DNA of 13,199 nt from a virus. Lineage: Duplodnaviria; Heunggongvirae; Uroviricota; Caudoviricetes. Shown piece after piece: positions 1-7,788 of this stretch; the stretch's first letter is position 1; each line of letters begins with the position of its first letter. The position numbers were made by a program, and so were the translations under genes. The stretch is taken from positions 1 to 13,199 of the IMG/VR virus record IMGVR_UViG_651053023_000013; one strand, 5' to 3'. The notes below the pieces were generated by a model that saw only the letters and a list, made by a program, of their open reading frames with translations, was not told the origin of the DNA and did not search any database.

Positions 1-160
1 AGTTTGCTCCTGCCATAACGTGAAGAAGCAATGACCTGGTGGTCCGTGACTTCCCTACGCTGGCATTATCCAGATCAGGTGATACGGGTATTTCTTACTG
101 ATTTTTGTTATCAGTTGATAATTAATAAGTTTTTCAGCAAACAAGAATTAAAAACTTCAA

Positions 161-184
161 AACTGACCACACAACTGACCACAC
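161..184. repeat. Perfect tandem direct repeat AACTGACCACAC x2 in an A/C-rich non-coding stretch
   Basis: Read directly: aactgaccacac at 161-172 and again at 173-184; no coding context. Confidence 0.6.
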
Positions 185-408
185 ATTTTGTTGAAGCTCT
201 ACGAACAAAGACGAACAATAACAAACAAAAGGGAAATTTGCTGGCAGTTTTGCTTAACCGTTATCATTTTTCGGCTATCCGTTATCAAGCTGGTGGATGA
301 TCACGGATAACCCGTTATGGGAATCCCCATATCGGCATCATGCCCACCAGCATGAAGTATTTTTCGCGGATGTAAAAATTTGACGGGGCGGGCGGTCCCA
401 TAAGCAAT

Positions 409-440
409 GGGGGGGTAGGGATTCCGCTCCCCCCCCTCCC
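409..440. other. G7 ... C8 homopolymer pair able to form a GC-rich stem-loop; T5 run follows about 10 nt downstream
   Basis: ggggggg (409-415) - tagggattccgct - cccccccc (429-436) - tccc, then gaatgcaattttt. Possible plus-strand intrinsic terminator or slippage-prone tract. Confidence 0.35.
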
Positions 441-474
441 GAATGCAATTTTTCTTATATATATACAAAACAGT

Positions 475-627
475 GCGGGTTATGCGGGTTAGCGGGTTAT
501 CTTCGCGTGCTAAGTATTTTTTATTCTTTAATATCAATGCGTTAAAAAATGATATGTTTGAATATTAGCCAAAACGTAACCCGCAAGACATTCAAAATAA
601 CCCGCAAATACCCCCCAAATAACCCAC
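475..627. repeat. Origin-like iteron module A: three abutting GCGGGTTAT copies, AT-rich spacer, three inverted ATAACCC(G/A)C copies at 21-22 bp phasing
   Basis: Direct copies at 475-483, 484-491, 492-500; AT-rich 501-574; inverted copies at 577-584, 597-605, 619-627. Same 9-mer and mirror-image layout as module B at 9640-9771. Confidence 0.6.
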
Positions 628-915
628 AACCCCATCAGGAAAATGGGGCCAGTGATGCCACCGAACGGCTGAATCTGGTAACGTTCTGTTGCCTGGTTGC
701 AGTTTGCGGGTCAGCAATACTGACGCACAAAGTTAGCCGTATGTGGCTGTGCGTCCACCAGCTACGCCGGAATGGGGTATTCCGTTTCAACGGAACAGGT
801 ATGACGAATATGATCGCACCTTCTCCCGAAAACGGGTTTGCCTGTTTCGGGAAAACGGGCACATGAAGCTGCATAGACATTTTCACTATTCAGGATCTGG
901 CGGGGGAGTTTCTCA

Positions 916-1085
916 ATTTCCACCGTTGGTGGAAATTAAACGAATACAGCGAGTTAGGACAAGGTGACTAATGGTCACTCTGTTGCTGCGTCACCATATT
1001 GATGATCCAGCCCTGTAGTCGCGCCACTTTTCCACCAATGGTGGAAAAGCCCACAGCAGGCCGCCCAGCCTCCCCCAATGGGGGA
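916..1085. repeat. Cluster of perfect palindromes sharing CCACC/GGTGG-type half-sites (candidate protein-binding sites)
   Basis: ATTTCCACC-gtt-GGTGGAAAT (916-936); GTGAC-aatg-GTCAC (965-978); CTTTTCCACCA-a-TGGTGGAAAAG (1027-1049); TCCCCCA-a-TGGGGGA (1071-1085). All read directly. Confidence 0.6.
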
Positions 1086-1190
1086 TTGTGGAAGAATCAA
1101 CGGGTTAGGCCTTAATCATCTGCGTAATCATAAGTAATCATAATGTTCATTCATCCAGCGCAATTTTGCGTTATCGGGAATATCAGCAAG

Positions 1191-1475
1191 TTACCGCCGC
1201 AACCGCTCCGGCTTCTTCCAGTGGTAAGTTATTTTTTCCTTCTCCCGGTACATCTCCACGCGGCGACGATATGACAACAACTCCAGAACTCTGATCCGTA
1301 TGTCGCGCATATCCACGCCGTTAAGCTCAATACCGTCACGGCGCATCACCTCAGCCACCACACGCGCGTAATTTTCGGCTATCACGCTGTCCGGCTGCGT
1401 GGCCTCCTGTTTGCCTGCTTCCTGGCTGATTCCGGTAATGCGGCGGATTATTTTTAGTAGTTCGGTTTCGCTCAC
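1191..1475 (-). CDS. Hypothetical small basic protein (94 aa) immediately downstream of the large terminase
   Basis: ORF starts with GTG 5 nt after the terL stop, with only a weak GGGG upstream; basic C-terminus; no recognisable motif. Confidence 0.35.
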   Translation of the reverse strand: MSETELLKIIRRITGISQEAGKQEATQPDSVIAENYARVVAEVMRRDGIELNGVDMRDIRIRVLELLSYRRRVEMYREKEKITYHWKKPERLRR

Positions 1476-1480
1476 TCTCG

Positions 1481-3142
1481 TTATACCCCATCAAACGCCG
1501 CAAGCCGCTCTTTGTGGCTGTCGCTCATATCGAATGCAAATTCCTCATGTTCTGCCTGGAATGTGCCAAACGCCATCAGCGCCGCAACGCTCGGGTCTAT
1601 CTTGTTGGATGATTTTTTCTTGTTCGGCTTGATATTGGCGTTCGCGTCACTCTGCATCACAACATTACTCATTGACCAGGCCAGCACCGGATCGCCACGA
1701 TGCACAATCACCTTCCGGTTAACAAAAACTTCGAACGATTTCGCCGCCGGACTGAAACGAAGGTATGTTTGCGGGAACGGCTCCACCTCAAATCCTGCCC
1801 CCTGTAGCTGCGTCCTCAGGTGCGTGGCGTTCCATGTATCGAAGCCCACCAGCCTGATATTGAAATTCTCTGCATCCGCCATGATGTCATCACGGATACG
1901 GTCATAATCAATGCAGTCACCCGGTGTTGTGCGTATCCAGCCCGCCTTTACCCACTGGCGATAGATGGCGCGGTTTTTATTGGCGGGGTTCTGTAGCTGA
2001 AACTCCGGCAGATAGTGACGGGAAACCAGCATAATCTTTTTACCGACCGGAAAGGCATAGCACACGCTGGAAATATCGCTGGTTGATGATAAGTCCAGCC
2101 CCGCGTAGCACTCCTGCCCGTATAAATCCGCCTCCGCGAACGTTCCGGCGCACTCCGCCCATGCACCGTTACCCATCCACGGCGTGGCCCCCTGACACCA
2201 GATATTGAATCGCTTGGTGAGCATTTCCACCCACTGCGACGGAATACCCCGCGCTTTCTGGATGGTTGAGGCCAGTTTTTCACGATCGACGGAAACATCG
2301 ATATTGGGATTCGCCTTTATCCACATCGCCGGATCGTCAACCTCGCTTTCATCATCCAGCTCGTAAATCAGCACGAACATGGATTCGTTCACCTCTTCAC
2401 CATCCAGTATCTGGCAGCAATAGTCGTAGTGTTGTTTACAGGCTGAAACAACGTTGCTCCCCGATGTGGTGATGGCAAATAATAACCCCTCCGGACGCGC
2501 CCCCATTCCCAGTTCAAGCGCGGAATAAACCCCGTTGTCAGGGTGCAGGTGATATTCATCCACAATGGCAAGACTCGGGTTTGTACCTTCAATGGTTGCC
2601 GCTTTTGCTGCCAGTGGCTTTAACAGGCTGTTGGTTTTCGGGTGTATCACCTTGTGTGCCTGAATATTTACCCGCTTTCGCAACGGTCGGGATAAAAGGC
2701 ACATCTGACGCGCATCATCAAACACGATCCGCGCCTGATCACGACTCACGGCGGCGGTGTAAATATCCTGCTGCCCGTTTTCCATAACCAGAAACCAGTT
2801 AGCCAGGATAGCGGCGACCGTGGATTTGGCATTTTTTCGCGGCACTTCAATGAATGCGCTGGTGTATTTGCGCCGTCCGGTGGCCTTAACCTTAAAGCCC
2901 AGGATGCACGCAAAGGCGAACTGCTGCCACGGCTCCAGCTCAATGGGGCTACCGCGCATTGCGCCTTTTACGTGCGGACACACCCTGGAAAAGGCAATAA
3001 ACCGCTCCACGACCTCCGGATCGAACGTGTAAAGGGGGTTTTCAAGGTCAGAAAAATACCGTTTAACGGCCTGTTTCAGTCGTTTACAGGCCGTAATTTT
3101 GCCGTTTTTTACGCCTTCTGCGTACTCATGCCAGGCGGTCAA
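1481..3142 (-). CDS. terL: Terminase large subunit (HK97-type, Terminase_1-like ATPase/nuclease)
   Basis: 553-aa ORF with a P-loop-like VPRKNAKST and conserved acidic blocks (LAIVDEYH, VLIYELDDESEVDD). Apparent TTG start at 3140-3142, preceded by GAGGA at 5-nt spacing and overlapping the terS stop by 17 nt. Confidence 0.9.
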   Translation of the reverse strand: MTAWHEYAEGVKNGKITACKRLKQAVKRYFSDLENPLYTFDPEVVERFIAFSRVCPHVKGAMRGSPIELEPWQQFAFACILGFKVKATGRRKYTSAFIEVPRKNAKSTVAAILANWFLVMENGQQDIYTAAVSRDQARIVFDDARQMCLLSRPLRKRVNIQAHKVIHPKTNSLLKPLAAKAATIEGTNPSLAIVDEYHLHPDNGVYSALELGMGARPEGLLFAITTSGSNVVSACKQHYDYCCQILDGEEVNESMFVLIYELDDESEVDDPAMWIKANPNIDVSVDREKLASTIQKARGIPSQWVEMLTKRFNIWCQGATPWMGNGAWAECAGTFAEADLYGQECYAGLDLSSTSDISSVCYAFPVGKKIMLVSRHYLPEFQLQNPANKNRAIYRQWVKAGWIRTTPGDCIDYDRIRDDIMADAENFNIRLVGFDTWNATHLRTQLQGAGFEVEPFPQTYLRFSPAAKSFEVFVNRKVIVHRGDPVLAWSMSNVVMQSDANANIKPNKKKSSNKIDPSVAALMAFGTFQAEHEEFAFDMSDSHKERLAAFDGV

Positions 3143-3481
3143 GCTCGTCCTCTTCCTCTGTTTCCGGTGGATTTCTGCGGCGACTTACCGGGTCAAAACC
3201 CAGCAAAGAAGCCATTTTGATCATTATTCTTTCCGCGTCAGCCTTTGCGCTCAGGGCGGGGTTTCTGCTCTCGCTGCCCTGACTGTTAACAATGCTGAAC
3301 CCGCGCGTGGCAAGGTCTTCGACGGCTTTGCGGTATATGGAGTAGTTAACGCAATAAGCTCCAGATTGCTCCAGTCGGCGGGGGTAAGGTCTTCCCGTCC
3401 GGAAAGCTGGCGCGATTTTTCCTTCCACTGCCTGACCGCGATTTCATCCAGGTAAGCGGGGGCTTTTGGTGGTCTTGCCAT
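3126..3481 (-). CDS. terS: Terminase small subunit, P27-like family, split across two reading frames (apparent -1 frameshift near 3345-3365)
   Basis: N-terminal part (ATG at 3479-3481, MARPPKAPAYLDEIAVRQWKE...LTPADWSNLEL) is in one frame and stops at 3251. The family-typical C-terminal part (AYCVNYSIYRKAVEDLATRG...MASLLGFDPVSRRRNPPETEEEDELDRLA) is in the adjacent frame and ends at 3126 overlapping terL. No slippery heptamer at the junction. Confidence 0.6.
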
Positions 3482-3599
3482 GTTCTTTTTTCGCCCAATT
3501 ATTTTCAAAAAAAATCCCGTGCACAAAAATTTGAGGAGGCGGTCGGTGTCCGGCAGGGACGGTTTGTCCTGAAAACCTCCCCCACCCCCTCTGACAGCC

Positions 3600-3785
3600 T
3601 CACCAGCGATTGCGAAAACATTCCATGACCTCGCGGTCACGGTCGGTTAATTGCTTCGCTGTGGTGCGTTCTGTGCGCCCTGTCCTGTTGGCTTTGTGCC
3701 CTGTCTCCTGTGTCTTCCATAAGTCACGCTGCCTTATCAGTCCACGTATCAGCCTGTTTTGCTCCTGTTCAGTCATCATCGCCAT
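3600..3785 (-). CDS. Hypothetical small basic protein (61 aa) between HNH and terS
   Basis: ATG at 3783-3785, 9 nt after the HNH stop; weak ribosome-binding site; no recognisable motif. Confidence 0.3.
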   Translation of the reverse strand: MAMMTEQEQNRLIRGLIRQRDLWKTQETGHKANRTGRTERTTAKQLTDRDREVMECFRNRW

Positions 3786-3796
3786 ACATCCAGTCG

Positions 3797-4210
3797 TTAC
3801 GGTGTGCCGCCCGTTCTTCCTGCTCGCGATACATGACCCGCCTTACGGTTCGCTTTCGTGGCTGGATCTTCCCGTGTCGTCTTACGGTTGTGGCACGTCT
3901 GGCACAATGCCTGGTGATTCCACTCAGGCCAGAAGAGAACATCACCGCCGCCATTGATGGGAATGATGTGATCCACCACAAGAGCTGGCGTATAAATCCC
4001 CTTAGCCAGACAACGCACGCATAACGGGTTTTTGCTCAGGTACAGGGCGCGGTATTTGTCCCACTGTCGGGAATACCCGCGCGCGCGGCGGTGTCCCCGT
4101 CTGGCATCCTCTGCACGCCATGCAGCCCGCCTGTGCTCTTCACACTTTCCGGACTTCACGCGCTTATTACAGCCCGGCTCAGTGCAGCGCCTTAATGGTT
4201 GCCACGGCAT
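3797..4210 (-). CDS. HNH endonuclease (packaging-associated)
   Basis: N-terminal Cys cluster CTEPGCNKRVKSGKCEEH, then HNH core VVDHIIPINGGGD ... WNHQALCQTCHNRKT. ATG at 4208-4210 overlaps the adaptor stop (ATGA). Confidence 0.9.
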   Translation of the reverse strand: MPWQPLRRCTEPGCNKRVKSGKCEEHRRAAWRAEDARRGHRRARGYSRQWDKYRALYLSKNPLCVRCLAKGIYTPALVVDHIIPINGGGDVLFWPEWNHQALCQTCHNRKTTREDPATKANRKAGHVSRAGRTGGTP

Positions 4211-4509
4211 CAGTACACCCCCACATCACGATAAACCGACCAGAGCGCAGAAATAGCCATAGGCAGTTCAGACTGCTCCACAGGTGAAACCGCTTCCCTG
4301 TTCTCGTACAGGAAAGCGATGTACATCAGGCAACCAACACGTATTGCCGGGGTAAATTCCAGCCCGTCTTCAAAACGTTTCCCGATATGCTTCTGGCAGG
4401 CTTCCAGCGCCGCATCGGTATACATTTTCAGAAGTTCGCCTTCTCCGGAAAAGTCATCAAGGCGAAGATGTGCCCTGACTTCATCAGGTGTAATTTTGTC
4501 TTCACTCAT
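4210..4509 (-). CDS. Head-tail adaptor/connector protein (HK97 gp6-like)
   Basis: MSEDKITPDEVRAHLRLDD...AIRVGCLMYIAFLYENRE matches the gp6-like pattern. ATG at 4507-4509 has an AGGTG Shine-Dalgarno and overlaps the portal stop by 8 nt. The tracked ORF start at 4596 is a GTG lying 95 nt inside the portal gene and is rejected. Confidence 0.7.
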   Translation of the reverse strand: MSEDKITPDEVRAHLRLDDFSGEGELLKMYTDAALEACQKHIGKRFEDGLEFTPAIRVGCLMYIAFLYENREAVSPVEQSELPMAISALWSVYRDVGVY

Positions 4510-5716
4510 CTTTTTCACCTTTAATTTCCACAGTCTGCTTCCATGCCTGGCTGAACTCGTCGCCACCTTCACGCGGCGGCATTCCCTCACGCTCACGGGC
4601 TTCGTTCGGATTCATGATCCCGTTCTTAATCCCTTTCTCATACGTGGCGTAACGTTCAGTAGGTGTGGCGCGCAGTAAATCGGCTGAATCAAACTCAACC
4701 AGATAACGGGTACCAGGTACGGGAGAAGCCACCAGCAAAGCGGCCTTGATTTGCTGTTCGAAGTTCGCCAGCCACGGACGCATTGTCATAGTCAGAAACG
4801 CGCGGCTTGCCTCACTGAAATTGCTGTAGGTGCTGTTGCTGTATTCCTGCAGAAAAATCGGCGACACGTTGAACATCCGGGCGATGTCTTCAATGGAGAA
4901 GCGACGGGAGGCCAGCCATTCCGCATCCTGGTTACTCATCCCCAGTTGCTTGTAATCCATGCCCCCTTCAAGGATTGGCGTTTTTCCGGCATTTTTCGCC
5001 CCCTTGTAGCGTTCCAGTGCGTCTAATGCCTGTTTACCTTTCACGCCGTCCAGCCATTCGCCTGACGTGATAATCCCTGCCGCCATCATGCCATCTTTCA
5101 TAATGCTGGCTCCGTGACGCTGTTGAGCAAGGCCAAGCCCCAGCGCCTCACGGCAAATCGTGATGGGGGAGCGTCCCAGAAAGCCATCATCCGAGGCATA
5201 GCGGAGATGCAGAACTTCTTCCTGTAAATACGTGCGCACCGTTCCTGTACAGGGTTCGGTGATGGTATAGCGGTATTTGTGTGCGCCTGTGCGTTCCGGT
5301 ACAACACACCCCGGCGCATAAGGATGAAGTGATTTTGGCTGACCGTCCCGCCCCCATTCAATAACCGCATAGGCGTTACCGTTCAGCAGGCAGTGACGCA
5401 TCATTGTGCGTTTAAACTGGTAAGGTGTCTGGCACGAATTAGGCTGCTCATTCAGCAGAATATCTACCGGATGACTGTCCAGCCATTCCCGCGCCTCCCT
5501 GCCCTTGTCATTACGTACCAGATACAGATAACACGGCATCGTGGCCACCGCCTCAGCGATGACGGAAACCGCGTTCATCACTGCGGGCAATGATTCAGCC
5601 GTCCCGGCAGAAACATATTCTCCGGATCCGGTATTCGGTACGCCGGACAGCACCAGAAAATCATCAATGGACAGGTTACGTTGCTCGCTTTTTTTACGAC
5701 TAAAAGGCCACCACAT
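4502..5716 (-). CDS. Portal protein (HK97 family)
   Basis: About 405 aa from ATG at 5714-5716 (MWWPFSRKK...), which follows the protease stop by one base (TGA-T-ATG). The longer tracked ORF begins at a TTG inside the protease gene. Confidence 0.85.
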   Translation of the reverse strand: MWWPFSRKKSEQRNLSIDDFLVLSGVPNTGSGEYVSAGTAESLPAVMNAVSVIAEAVATMPCYLYLVRNDKGREAREWLDSHPVDILLNEQPNSCQTPYQFKRTMMRHCLLNGNAYAVIEWGRDGQPKSLHPYAPGCVVPERTGAHKYRYTITEPCTGTVRTYLQEEVLHLRYASDDGFLGRSPITICREALGLGLAQQRHGASIMKDGMMAAGIITSGEWLDGVKGKQALDALERYKGAKNAGKTPILEGGMDYKQLGMSNQDAEWLASRRFSIEDIARMFNVSPIFLQEYSNSTYSNFSEASRAFLTMTMRPWLANFEQQIKAALLVASPVPGTRYLVEFDSADLLRATPTERYATYEKGIKNGIMNPNEAREREGMPPREGGDEFSQAWKQTVEIKGEKDE

Positions 5717-5717
5717 A

Positions 5718-6278
5718 TCACAACCCCGCCAGCTCTGCCCAGCGATGACGATTATTTCCTGCCGGGCGTAATTCAGGGTGCTGTGCAAACAACGAACGGT
5801 GGGCAATCTCCACGCCAGATTCGGGATAAGCAGGCATCGACGTGATCGTGATTTCCCTGAGTTCTGCAGCGGTAACAGTACGCAGATACGGTTTTTGCGC
5901 GATATTCCACTCTTCGCATAATGCGCGAAAGCCAAAGCTCATCCCTGTAATGTCGCCACGCTCCACCAGCGTAAGCACATCTTTTCCAAGCTGGGTATCA
6001 GGCGGTGTCAGTTCAAAACGTAGCCCGGTGTTGTCCTCAGTCAGTACCAGAGTGCCGGATTTGGTGCGCCCCAGCAGTTGGGTATAGTCATGCTCATACA
6101 GGCAGCGCACATCATTACCCGCCGCCAGATAGTCAGCAAAAGCCCCCGGCGTGAACTGTTCGCGGAATTCGTCCCAGATAATTTCTGAAAGGCTGTTCCA
6201 GCGAACGGCATACCCCACCAGCTTTTTATTGCTGGCGGTCAGTTCAGATGTGCGGATTTCAAAATCGGTGTTTTTCAT
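5718..6278 (-). CDS. Prohead maturation protease (HK97 family, S78/U35-like)
   Basis: 186 aa, placed between capsid and portal; typical HK97 protease length and sequence character. ATG at 6276-6278. Confidence 0.85.
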   Translation of the reverse strand: MKNTDFEIRTSELTASNKKLVGYAVRWNSLSEIIWDEFREQFTPGAFADYLAAGNDVRCLYEHDYTQLLGRTKSGTLVLTEDNTGLRFELTPPDTQLGKDVLTLVERGDITGMSFGFRALCEEWNIAQKPYLRTVTAAELREITITSMPAYPESGVEIAHRSLFAQHPELRPAGNNRHRWAELAGL

Positions 6279-6332
6279 CGGTGTACTCCATAAAGCTGAA
6301 AAAGGAGGCCGCAGCCTCCTCCTTACTCATGA

Positions 6333-7502
6333 CTAGCCAGCTTTCATTTCCAGAATTTTGATGGCGTTTGAATCCACCACACCACCGCCCAGATATTTAT
6401 CCGTGTGGACCTTGTAGAATCCGGGTTCAGTAATGTTGTCCGGTCGGGTGCGAATCCCTGTTACATGATCAACGATGAAATAACCACGACTGAAATCGCC
6501 AACCGCTAGCGGTGCTTTTCCTGCGCCGATGTCCGGCATGGACTCCAGGCAGAAAACAGGACGACCAAGCAACATATCCGGCGCACCTTCTTTAAGGCTG
6601 TCGCGCCAGATATAATCGCCATTCTCATTTTTCAGCTTCTGTAGTGTCCCTGCCGTGCCCGAGTTCATCACCCAGACGGCATTTTTGCGGTATTTCGCTT
6701 TCAGCTTGTAGAGAATGTCGATCAGTTCGTCCGCTGTAATGGCGGTTCCACTTGCCGCTACCACTTTTTCAATGGTGCCAAAAGCGCGGGTTTTGTCACT
6801 GGTCGCCGCACGGGTGTAAGCCATGAAGCCTTTCGGCTTGCCGTTACCGTCGCCATTAACAAAATCATCCTCTTCGGTGCTGGCGAACGTGTCGGCAATT
6901 TCGGAGGATAACCAGCCCAAAATATCCACCTCTGAAAAATCCAGGATTTCCTGCGTGGTTTTCGGGTAGGCGTAGATCTGATTCAGCTTGATGGTTACAC
7001 GTTCAATTTTCGGGGTGTTGGTTTCACTACGTGCGCTGCCTTCTGTGCCTCGTCCTACAGTTGCGCCGCCAGTGGAAACCAGTTTCTGAAACTCATTTGA
7101 TTTTGCGGTCTTCACGGTCGCGATCACGCGCATAACACTGTCATCCTGTAGCTGGCGCATGACTTCGCGATCAAGCTCAGGAATTACGGTATATCCGCCA
7201 TCCCTGCCGCTGTCAGTGCTGGTGGACAGTGATCGCACATCTCCGGTTACGATGTAGTTACGCAATTCATCAGATGATAATTTCTGGATGCCCGTTCCTG
7301 GCTTGCTGCGTTCTTCATCAGCCACAGACTCGAGGCGGTAAATTTCTGTGTCGAGGGAATCGGCTTTTGCACGCAGTTCATCAAACTGTTTGCCCTCGTC
7401 ATCGTTCAGGCTGCGGTTTTCACTGTCGGCTTTTTCCAGCAGGGATCGCATCTGGTTTTTCAGGGCGGTTTTTTGCTGGCGGAGTTCGATTAATTTCTTC
7501 AT
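6333..7502 (-). CDS. Major capsid protein (HK97 fold) with N-terminal coiled-coil delta/scaffold domain
   Basis: 389 aa; N-terminal heptad-rich region (MKKLIELRQQKTALKNQMRSLLEKADSENRSL...) followed by an HK97-type capsid body. ATG at 7500-7502. Confidence 0.9.
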   Translation of the reverse strand: MKKLIELRQQKTALKNQMRSLLEKADSENRSLNDDEGKQFDELRAKADSLDTEIYRLESVADEERSKPGTGIQKLSSDELRNYIVTGDVRSLSTSTDSGRDGGYTVIPELDREVMRQLQDDSVMRVIATVKTAKSNEFQKLVSTGGATVGRGTEGSARSETNTPKIERVTIKLNQIYAYPKTTQEILDFSEVDILGWLSSEIADTFASTEEDDFVNGDGNGKPKGFMAYTRAATSDKTRAFGTIEKVVAASGTAITADELIDILYKLKAKYRKNAVWVMNSGTAGTLQKLKNENGDYIWRDSLKEGAPDMLLGRPVFCLESMPDIGAGKAPLAVGDFSRGYFIVDHVTGIRTRPDNITEPGFYKVHTDKYLGGGVVDSNAIKILEMKAG

Positions 7503-7572
7503 GAAGGTTTTCTCGTATTGGTTAAGATTCAGGACGTGAAACCAACACGGAGGGAGCGCCGCCCGACACTCT

Positions 7573-7621
7573 CGGCATCTCGCAGATCAACCCGGCATCG
7601 CGCAGGGGGTCAGGCGGCATT
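7573..7621. promoter_or_regulatory. Three direct CGGCAT(C) repeats at 20-22 bp phasing upstream of the capsid operon (candidate activator sites for a late promoter)
   Basis: cggcatctcgcag (7573-7585), cggcatcgcgcag (7593-7605), cggcatt (7615-7621), in a GC-rich block 70-120 bp upstream of the capsid ATG. No good sigma70 -35/-10 lies between the block and the ATG. Confidence 0.35.
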
Positions 7622-7726
7622 GTGGCGGCTCACGTCTGAGTGCCACACGCCAACATATACATAAAAATCAGTATGTAAACATCAGCCAGAATCACCGAAC
7701 AACCTGGAACAACCACGAACAAATAA

Positions 7727-7757
7727 TTTACAAAACCTGAAAAAAATGGCCTATTAT
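7727..7757 (+). promoter_or_regulatory. Putative sigma70 promoter of the AT-rich accessory gene
   Basis: TTTACA (7727-7732), 19-bp spacer, TATTAT (7752-7757); AGGA ribosome-binding site 6 nt before the ATG at 7789. Spacer is longer than optimal. Confidence 0.3.
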
Positions 7758-7788
7758 TGCTACCTCTGACTACAACAAAGGACGCATC

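Noticed and set aside
31-967. ORFs 31-300 (+), 301-537 (-), 549-866 (+), 635-886 (-) and 743-967 (+) as protein-coding genes
   Set aside because: They run across iterons, palindromes and homopolymer tracts, lack ribosome-binding sites, and their translations look like junk. The region is treated as non-coding and regulatory.
3126-3640. Programmed ribosomal frameshift in terS, or two separate genes
   Set aside because: There is no slippery heptamer or downstream structure at the junction, and the two pieces match the N- and C-terminal halves of one TerS family. An indel is more parsimonious. The tracked N-terminal extension to 3640 starts at GTG and is not TerS-like.
4210-4596. Long form of the adaptor gene starting at 4596
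   Set aside because: The start codon is GTG and lies 95 nt inside the portal gene. The ATG at 4509 has an AGGTG ribosome-binding site and gives a gp6-like N-terminus.
4502-5935. Long form of the portal gene starting at 5935
   Set aside because: It starts at a TTG inside the protease gene and adds 73 non-conserved residues. The ATG at 5716, one base after the protease stop, is preferred.
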